Shown: piece by piece, positions 26,481 through 32,000 of the stretch
How the letters are laid out: each line of letters begins with the position of its first letter
How positions within the stretch are numbered: the first letter of the stretch is position 1
Source of the DNA: Erysipelotrichales bacterium
GTDB taxonomy: Bacteria > Bacillota_I > Bacilli_A > RF39 > UBA660
DNA length: 32,000 bases
Assembly (NCBI GenBank): GCA_022508565.1
Contig: JAFLUY010000002.1
Coordinates: forward strand, 1 to 32,000
Reading direction: 5' to 3'
Program-made: the position numbers and the translations under genes
Notes under the pieces: model-generated
Told to the model about the DNA's origin: nothing
Seen by the model: the letters and a program-made list of their open reading frames with translations, nothing else
The model's database searches: none

Positions 26481-27229
26481 TGATTAATATTTATAGTGAT
26501 GAAGAAATAGAGATAATTAAAGAATCAGGTCATATTACATATATGTGCCATCAATACTTAAAAGAATTGTTGAGTCCGGGAGTCACTACTAAATATATTG
26601 ATGATGAAGCAGGTAAGTTCATATGTGAACACGGAGGAATCCCTAGTTGCTTAGGCTACGAGGGATATCCAGGAAACATCTGCATTTCAATAAATGATGA
26701 AGTAGTGCATGGAATCGGAAGTGATGATGTAATCCTAAAAGAAGGAGATATAGTTACTTTAGATATATGTACACTTTATAAAGGTTATCATTCAGACTCA
26801 GCTTGGTCTTATGCAATTGGTAAGATAAATAAAGAAAAAGAACATTTGATGTATCATACAGAAAAAGCTTTGTATGTTGGGTTAAAAGAATTAAAAGCTG
26901 GCGTTCCTCTAGGAAATGCATCAGCAAGAATTGAGCAATATGCAAAGAAGCATGGGCTAGGAGTAGTAAGAGAACTTGTTGGTCACGGTGTAGGACATGA
27001 ACTACACGAAGCACCAGATGTACCAAACTATGGTAAATACAATACAGGAGTAATGTTAAAACCTGGTATGGTAATTGCAGTTGAACCAATGTTAACTGCT
27101 GGTAAGCGTGATGTAGCAATGCTTGATGATGACTGGACAATTGTAACTCAAGATGGTAGCCCAGCGGCACATTTTGAACATACAGTTGCTATAAGAGAAG
27201 ATGGATACGAAATACTTACAGGAGAGTGA
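26480..27229 (+). CDS. map: Methionine aminopeptidase type I
   Basis: GDIVTLD..GYHSD, GHGVGHELHE, AVEPM and FEHTV are the metal-ligand motifs. Confidence 0.97.
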   Translation: MINIYSDEEIEIIKESGHITYMCHQYLKELLSPGVTTKYIDDEAGKFICEHGGIPSCLGYEGYPGNICISINDEVVHGIGSDDVILKEGDIVTLDICTLYKGYHSDSAWSYAIGKINKEKEHLMYHTEKALYVGLKELKAGVPLGNASARIEQYAKKHGLGVVRELVGHGVGHELHEAPDVPNYGKYNTGVMLKPGMVIAVEPMLTAGKRDVAMLDDDWTIVTQDGSPAAHFEHTVAIREDGYEILTGE

Positions 27230-27232
27230 AAA

Positions 27233-27445
27233 ATGGCTAAAGAGCAAAAAATCGAAGTTGAAGGAAAAGTAATTGAAGCAACTCACGATATATATAAAGT
27301 TGAATTAGAAAATAAACTAATTGTAACTGCCCGTGTTTCTGGTAAAATACGTATGAACATGATACGCATCTTACCAGGTGATAAAGTTACAGTAGAAATG
27401 TCACCAACAGATTTAACACATGGGATTATAAAATACAGAAAATAA
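27233..27445 (+). CDS. infA: Translation initiation factor IF-1
   Basis: [45 protein letters not shown]. Confidence 0.97.
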   Translation: MAKEQKIEVEGKVIEATHDIYKVELENKLIVTARVSGKIRMNMIRILPGDKVTVEMSPTDLTHGIIKYRK

Positions 27446-27458
27446 GGAGGCAAGGCTT

Positions 27459-27572
27459 ATGAAAAGAAGAGCATCTGTAAAAAAAATCTGCCCAAAATGC
27501 AGAGTTATTAGAAGAAAAGGAAAAGTTATGATTATTTGTGAAAATCCAAAACACAAACAAACACAAGGATAG
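27459..27572 (+). CDS. rpmJ: 50S ribosomal protein L36
   Basis: Not in the ORF track because it is too short. [37 protein letters not shown] (37 aa). AAGGAGG RBS. Expected position between infA and rpsM. Confidence 0.93.
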   Translation: MKRRASVKKICPKCRVIRRKGKVMIICENPKHKQTQG

Positions 27573-27583
27573 GAGGAAATATA

Positions 27584-27958
27584 ATGGCACGTATTAAAAA
27601 TATTGAATTACCTAAAGATAAAGCTTTATATATTGGATTAACTGCAATATATGGAATTGGTCAAAGTACTGCAAGAAAGATTGCTGTTGCTGCTGGTTTA
27701 GACCCAGAAATGAAAGTTAGAGATTTAACTCCAGAACAAGAAGGTTTAATCCGTACTGAAGTAGACAAATATGTTGTTGAAGGTGAATTACGTAGAGAAG
27801 TTCAAATGAACATCAAAATGAAAATGGAAATTAACTCTTATCAAGGAGTTAGACATAAAAAAGGATTACCAGTACATGGACAAAGTACTAGAAGTAATGC
27901 TAAAACTCGTAAGGGTAAAGGTAAAGTAGTTGCTAATAAGAAAAAAGCTACTAAGTAA
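27584..27958 (+). CDS. rpsM: 30S ribosomal protein S13
   Basis: [47 protein letters not shown]. Confidence 0.98.
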   Translation: MARIKNIELPKDKALYIGLTAIYGIGQSTARKIAVAAGLDPEMKVRDLTPEQEGLIRTEVDKYVVEGELRREVQMNIKMKMEINSYQGVRHKKGLPVHGQSTRSNAKTRKGKGKVVANKKKATK

Positions 27959-27977
27959 TTGAAACGGAGGATAGAAA

Positions 27978-28364
27978 ATGGCTTATAATAGAAGAAAAAG
28001 AAAAGTTAAGAAGAATATTCCTGAAGCACAAGCACATATTTCTTGTTCTTACAACAACACATTAGTTACAATCACTGATAAAGACGGAAATACAATAAGC
28101 TGGGCATCATCAGGAACAATCGGATATAAAGGATCTAAAAAGAAAACTCCATACGCTGCTGGATTAGCTGCTGAGTCTGCTGGAAAAGCTGCTAAAGATA
28201 CTGCAGGAGTTATGAAAGTAGAAGTATTCGTTAAAGGAGTAGGAAACGGTAGAGAAAATGCTATTCGTTCACTTCAAGCAGTTGGACTAGAGATTACAGC
28301 AATAACTGATGAAACTCCAGTACCACATAATGGTTGTAGACCACCAAAACGTCCAAGAAACTAA
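27978..28364 (+). CDS. rpsK: 30S ribosomal protein S11
   Basis: [45 protein letters not shown]. Confidence 0.98.
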   Translation: MAYNRRKRKVKKNIPEAQAHISCSYNNTLVTITDKDGNTISWASSGTIGYKGSKKKTPYAAGLAAESAGKAAKDTAGVMKVEVFVKGVGNGRENAIRSLQAVGLEITAITDETPVPHNGCRPPKRPRN

Positions 28365-28392
28365 TAAATAATTAAGGAAAGAGGATTGAAAT

Positions 28393-29331
28393 ATGAATTT
28401 TGAAAAACCAGAATATAAAATTACTGAATATGTTGAAAGCAAACATTATGGTAAATTTGAACTAGAACCACTTGAAAGAGGTTTTGGTACAACTATAGGA
28501 AATGCATTAAGAAGAGTAATGTTATCTAGTATGCCAGGTAGTGCAGTAACTAGTGTTAAAATTGATGGAATCTTACATGAATTCCAAAAAATTGATGGCG
28601 TAAGAGAAGACGTTATGAACATTGTTCTTAACATCAAAAATTTAGTTGTTAAGAATCACTCAACAGAAAAGAAAGTTATGAGATTATCTGCATCAAAAGA
28701 AGGCGAAGTAACTGCCGGAATGATTGATCATGATGCTGATATCGAAATAGTAAATCCTGATTTAGTTATTTGTAATTTAGTTAAAGGTGGAAAAATTGAC
28801 ATCGAAATGACTGTTGATAATGGTCGTGGATATGTAGATGCTAAAGAAAACAAAAAACTTCTTGGAGAAACAGTTGGATTAATTCCAATAGATTCAAATT
28901 ATTCTCCAGTTGAAAAAGTATATTTTGAAACAGAAAGTGCTCGTGTTGGACATAATGAAAATTATGACAAGCTAATCATGTATGTATATACTAATGGATC
29001 AATTACTCCAGAAGAATGTATGGCATTAGCTAGTCGTATCTTAATTGAACACTTAAATATCATAGCTGATTTAAATCAAATTGCTGATATTACTGGTATC
29101 ATAGCTGAAAAGAAAGTTGATACTATAACTAAAACATTAGAAACTCCTATCGAAGAAATCGAATTCTCAGTTCGTGCATATAATTGTTTAAAAAGAGCTG
29201 GTATTCATACAATGCAAGATTTAATTGATAAGAGAGAAGTAGAAGTTACTAAGATTAGAAACTTAGGAAAGAAATCATTAAAAGAAGTAATAGAAAAAGT
29301 AAATGAAATGGGACTAAAGTTCCGCGATTAA
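28393..29331 (+). CDS. rpoA: DNA-directed RNA polymerase alpha subunit
   Basis: GKFELEPLERGFGTTIGNALRRVMLSS..GSAV and the C-terminal domain IEEIEFSVRAYNCLKRAGIHTMQDL. Confidence 0.98.
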   Translation: MNFEKPEYKITEYVESKHYGKFELEPLERGFGTTIGNALRRVMLSSMPGSAVTSVKIDGILHEFQKIDGVREDVMNIVLNIKNLVVKNHSTEKKVMRLSASKEGEVTAGMIDHDADIEIVNPDLVICNLVKGGKIDIEMTVDNGRGYVDAKENKKLLGETVGLIPIDSNYSPVEKVYFETESARVGHNENYDKLIMYVYTNGSITPEECMALASRILIEHLNIIADLNQIADITGIIAEKKVDTITKTLETPIEEIEFSVRAYNCLKRAGIHTMQDLIDKREVEVTKIRNLGKKSLKEVIEKVNEMGLKFRD

Positions 29332-29353
29332 TTAAGTAAGGAGGTTAATTATA

Positions 29354-29695
29354 ATGTACAGAAAATTAGGTAGAGAATCTAGAATAAGAAGAAGTATATT
29401 AGCCGGAATTACTAAAGATGTAGTCATGAAAGAAGCTGTTGTTACAACTGAGGCAAGAGCTAAAGAAGTAAGAAAGTTTGTTGATAAAATGATAACTTAC
29501 GGAAAAGATGGATCTTTAGTTGCAAGAAGAAAAGCCCTTGCATTCCTTCATAACGATAAGGATGTTGTTAATAAAATATTTAATGAATTAGCACCACGTT
29601 ATAAGGACAGAAAAGGTGGATATACTAGAATTATTAAATTAACAGAAAGAAAAGGCGATGATGCCTTAACTGTAAGACTTGAATTAGTTGACTAA
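29354..29695 (+). CDS. rplQ: 50S ribosomal protein L17
   Basis: [41 protein letters not shown]. Confidence 0.97.
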   Translation: MYRKLGRESRIRRSILAGITKDVVMKEAVVTTEARAKEVRKFVDKMITYGKDGSLVARRKALAFLHNDKDVVNKIFNELAPRYKDRKGGYTRIIKLTERKGDDALTVRLELVD

Positions 29696-29718
29696 TCAAG
29701 TCTTTTTTTAAAAAAATT

Positions 29719-29746
29719 AAAGACTTCTATATTGAAGTCTTTTTCT
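29719..29746. terminator. Terminator ending the ribosomal superoperon (shared with the convergent small ORF)
   Basis: AAAGACTTC-tatat-TGAAGTCTTT hairpin followed by a T-run. An A-run on the 5' side makes it potentially bidirectional. Confidence 0.75.
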
Positions 29747-29985
29747 TATCTAAAAAAAGTTAAGTTATTGTGAGTTATCGGTTGTTTATTGTTAGTGTTT
29801 TTAATAATATTGCCATTCATTAGAGGTGTACTAATATTTTGTTGAATGTTATTATTCATTGTTTTAAGTTTTTTCGTTATAAAACTAAGTGCTGGATTAA
29901 ACTCTCTAACTAAAGGCAAAGATTTATTAACAATATTTAATATTTTCATCCCGTTTTGAAGTAAATAAGGCAAGTTAAAGTTCAT
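29746..29985 (-). CDS. Small Asn/Lys-rich hypothetical protein (weak YqfQ-like resemblance)
   Basis: 79-aa ORF with an AGGTGA RBS 4 nt upstream of its ATG, in an otherwise non-coding gap. The LPLVREFNPAL motif loosely resembles the YqfQ/VrrA-type small proteins of Bacilli. Confidence 0.5.
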   Translation of the reverse strand: MNFNLPYLLQNGMKILNIVNKSLPLVREFNPALSFITKKLKTMNNNIQQNISTPLMNGNIIKNTNNKQPITHNNLTFFR

Positions 29986-30027
29986 AATATCACCTATTTA
30001 ATTATATGATTTTAATTTGAAAAATGT

Positions 30028-30055
30028 TTAACAAACTAATAAATTATGCTATAAT
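30028..30055 (+). promoter_or_regulatory. Promoter of the pilus/pseudopilus operon
   Basis: TTAACA (30028-30033), 16-nt spacer, extended -10 TGCTATAAT (30047-30055). Confidence 0.55.
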
Positions 30056-30097
30056 GATATCATAGTGAGATACTGGGAAGAGGGGTGTCTTTATATT

Positions 30098-31684
30098 ATG
30101 GGGTTAGCAAATGGAAATTCGGTTCATAAGCAAGATAATTTCTTCTTATTTTTTCCGATGTATGTATGTCTTGGAGTTTACTATGTTTTAAGAACATTTG
30201 CATCTCCAGTTATTTGGATTTGGAACAAATCATCAGACACCTTATATACAACAGTAAATAAAAATGTTGATGCTAATAACTTGCGCGGTGCATATATGAC
30301 AGAAGCAGATAAAATAGCTGCCGAAGAGGAAGCGCAAAAAAGTATGCTAGAAAAGAATAATGCAAAAAGACAAGTAAAGATTAGTGAATCATTAATTAAA
30401 GCTCGTGAAAACTTAATCAACGCAATTGATTCAGGTGAAGAACAAAGAAGTGAAATCCCAATTACTTATAGATATACAGCTTTAGGGCCAGATGGCAAAC
30501 AAGTAACTAATGCCTTTTATGCTTTTTCAAAAATAGAGGTATATACTTTTCTAGAAAATGAAGGATATAAAGTATTTAAAATTGAAACATCTCCACTAAT
30601 TGAAAGATTATATGGAAATTCAATCATATCATCTAGAAAAATTAGAATAAAAGATATTGTATTCTGGTTGCAACAACTATCTACTTACTTAAAGTCAGGT
30701 ATTCCATTAACAGATGCAATGCGTATTTTAAGTAAACAGATGGGTAAAAAGAATGGTAATATTAAAAGAACATTTGATTCGGTAGTTTATAACTTAACAT
30801 TAGGAGAAAGTTTTTCAACTAGTTTGGAAAAACAAGGAGATGCTTTCCCAAGTTTGCTTATAAACATGATAAAATCTGCTGAAGCAACTGGAGATTTAGA
30901 AGGAACACTGGACGAGATGGCAGATTATTATAAAGCAACTGAAACTACAAGAAAAGAAATGATAAGTGCTTTAACTTATCCATGTTTAGTCTTTGTATTT
31001 TCAATAGCAGTAATTATATTTATCCTTATATATTTAATACCAAAATTTGTTGATATTTATAATACTGCTGGTGTTACTTTAAATCCGATTACTACATTTA
31101 TTATCAAAGCCAGTGAGTTTATGCAAGATAATTTATTGTATATTGGTATTGTATTTATTATTTTCATGACAATAATTATTGTATTGTATAAAAACATTAA
31201 AGCATTTAGATATTTTATGCAAACAGTATTTATGAAAATTCCAGTAATGGGTTCTGTAATTATTTATAAAGAAATGATGATTTTTACAAAGACATTTGCG
31301 AGTCTTTTAAGAAACAATGTCTTTATAACTGATTCCATGGATATTCTAGGAAAAATTACATCAAATGAAATATATCGTGAAATAATGATTAATACGATTA
31401 ATTATATCGGAAGAGGAGAAAAGATATCGTCCGCCTTCCAGGGACACTGGGCTATTCCAGAAGTTGCTTACTATATGATGGTAACAGGTGAGTCAACTGG
31501 TGAACTTGCAGAGATGATGGGCAAAGTATCTGATTATTATGCAGAACAACATAAGATGGTTGTTGATTCCTTAAAAACATTAATAGAACCAATATTAATA
31601 ATTTTCTTAGCAGTTGTAGTTGGTGGAATTATGATTGCTGTTATCGTTCCAATGTTCGGACTATATCAAGAAATTATTAGTTAG
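30098..31684 (+). CDS. Type II secretion system F family platform protein (PilC/ComGB-like) with an N-terminal extension
   Basis: Two T2SSF-type repeats (FWLQQLSTYLKSGIPLTDAM..INMIKSAEATGDLEGTL and FASLLRNNVFITDSM..MMVTGESTGELAEMM) with three or more TM helices. The canonical PilC N-terminus (ITYRYTALGPDGKQV) begins only about 120-130 residues into the ORF. The start is uncertain: ATG 30098 is preferred given the promoter at 30028-30055, with GTG 30065 and ATG 30296 as alternatives. Confidence 0.85.
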   Translation: MGLANGNSVHKQDNFFLFFPMYVCLGVYYVLRTFASPVIWIWNKSSDTLYTTVNKNVDANNLRGAYMTEADKIAAEEEAQKSMLEKNNAKRQVKISESLIKARENLINAIDSGEEQRSEIPITYRYTALGPDGKQVTNAFYAFSKIEVYTFLENEGYKVFKIETSPLIERLYGNSIISSRKIRIKDIVFWLQQLSTYLKSGIPLTDAMRILSKQMGKKNGNIKRTFDSVVYNLTLGESFSTSLEKQGDAFPSLLINMIKSAEATGDLEGTLDEMADYYKATETTRKEMISALTYPCLVFVFSIAVIIFILIYLIPKFVDIYNTAGVTLNPITTFIIKASEFMQDNLLYIGIVFIIFMTIIIVLYKNIKAFRYFMQTVFMKIPVMGSVIIYKEMMIFTKTFASLLRNNVFITDSMDILGKITSNEIYREIMINTINYIGRGEKISSAFQGHWAIPEVAYYMMVTGESTGELAEMMGKVSDYYAEQHKMVVDSLKTLIEPILIIFLAVVVGGIMIAVIVPMFGLYQEIIS

Positions 31685-31718
31685 TATTATATAAATTTAT
31701 AATTTGGAGGTTTACAAC

Positions 31719-32000
31719 ATGTGGTTAATATATATTTGTTTATTCATAATCGGACTTGTTCTAGGCTCATTTTATAATGTTGTGGGCTTAAGATTACCAA
31801 AAAATGAATCTCTTATATCTCCAAGATCACATTGTGTTAATTGTAACCATACATTAAACTGGTATGAATTAATACCAGTTTTCTCTTATATATTCTTAAA
31901 AGGGAAATGTCATAAATGTAAGATGAATATTTCTATTATGTACCCTTTAGTAGAATTTACTAATGGAATTCTATTTGTAGTTAGTTTTAAGCTTTTTGAT
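31719..32000 (+). CDS. Prepilin peptidase (A24 family, PilD/ComC-like), 3' end outside window
   Basis: LGSFYNVVGLRLP..SHCVNCNHTLNWYELIPVFSYIFLKGKCHKCK is the N-terminal Cys-x2-Cys...Cys-x2-Cys domain of prepilin peptidases. GGAGG RBS. Confidence 0.88.
   Translation, partial: MWLIYICLFIIGLVLGSFYNVVGLRLPKNESLISPRSHCVNCNHTLNWYELIPVFSYIFLKGKCHKCKMNISIMYPLVEFTNGILFVVSFKLFD

Noticed and set aside
17817-28637. Numerous 60-140 aa minus-strand ORFs inside the ribosomal operon (for example 17817-18011, 18287-18484, 18856-19143, 19281-19625, 21088-21456, 22639-23004, 24233-24454, 26754-27170, 27092-27286, 28446-28637)
   Set aside because: All lie antisense to confidently identified, highly conserved genes. 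They have low-complexity S/T/L/P-rich translations, no RBS and no recognisable family. They are shadow ORFs typical of AT-rich coding DNA.
1-32000. Stop-codon reassignment, suggested by three in-frame TAA codons in the DUF1016 gene
   Set aside because: TAA is the normal terminator of most confident genes here (rpsO, rpsJ, rplD, adk and others). A frameshift also disrupts the same gene, so it is a pseudogene rather than a case of recoding.
1-32000. tRNA, rRNA, CRISPR arrays or large dispersed repeats
   Set aside because: The intergenic regions are short and AT-rich, with no cloverleaf-like GC-rich segments and no regularly spaced repeats. The only repeats seen are the short motifs reported above and the coding low-complexity L3 tail.

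Overview
AT-rich, standard-code Firmicutes-type chromosome segment (AGGAGG-type RBSs, many extended -10 TGnTATAAT promoters, hairpin plus T-run terminators). The core content is housekeeping. rpsO-pnp lies at 1.9-4.4 kb. A complete S10-spc-alpha ribosomal superoperon spans 15.7-29.7 kb: rpsJ through rplQ, including secY, adk, map, infA, rpmJ and rpoA. It has no rpmD, and rplC carries a long acidic tail. Between these blocks are mostly uncharacterised accessory genes. These include a decayed DUF1016/YhcG nuclease pseudogene, an orphan Rossmann/methyltransferase-like gene and a Cys-rich secreted protein with a sortase-like C-terminal signal. There is also a glucosaminidase-like membrane protein and an apparent operon of an SplB-like radical SAM enzyme, a histidine phosphatase and two membrane proteins. 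An SDR oxidoreductase and a GtrB/CsbB-like GT2 glycosyltransferase complete this set. The best candidate for an undescribed system is the translationally coupled two-gene cassette at 11390-14411. It pairs a MoxR/AAA_5-class AAA+ ATPase, which has an unassigned N-terminal domain of about 280 aa, with a zincin (HExxH)-vWA (DxSxS MIDAS) DUF2201-type protein. The cassette has its own promoter region and a bidirectional terminator. The window ends with a type IV pilus/competence-pseudopilus locus (GspF/PilC-like platform protein and prepilin peptidase). I found no tRNA, rRNA, CRISPR array, transposase or integrase.
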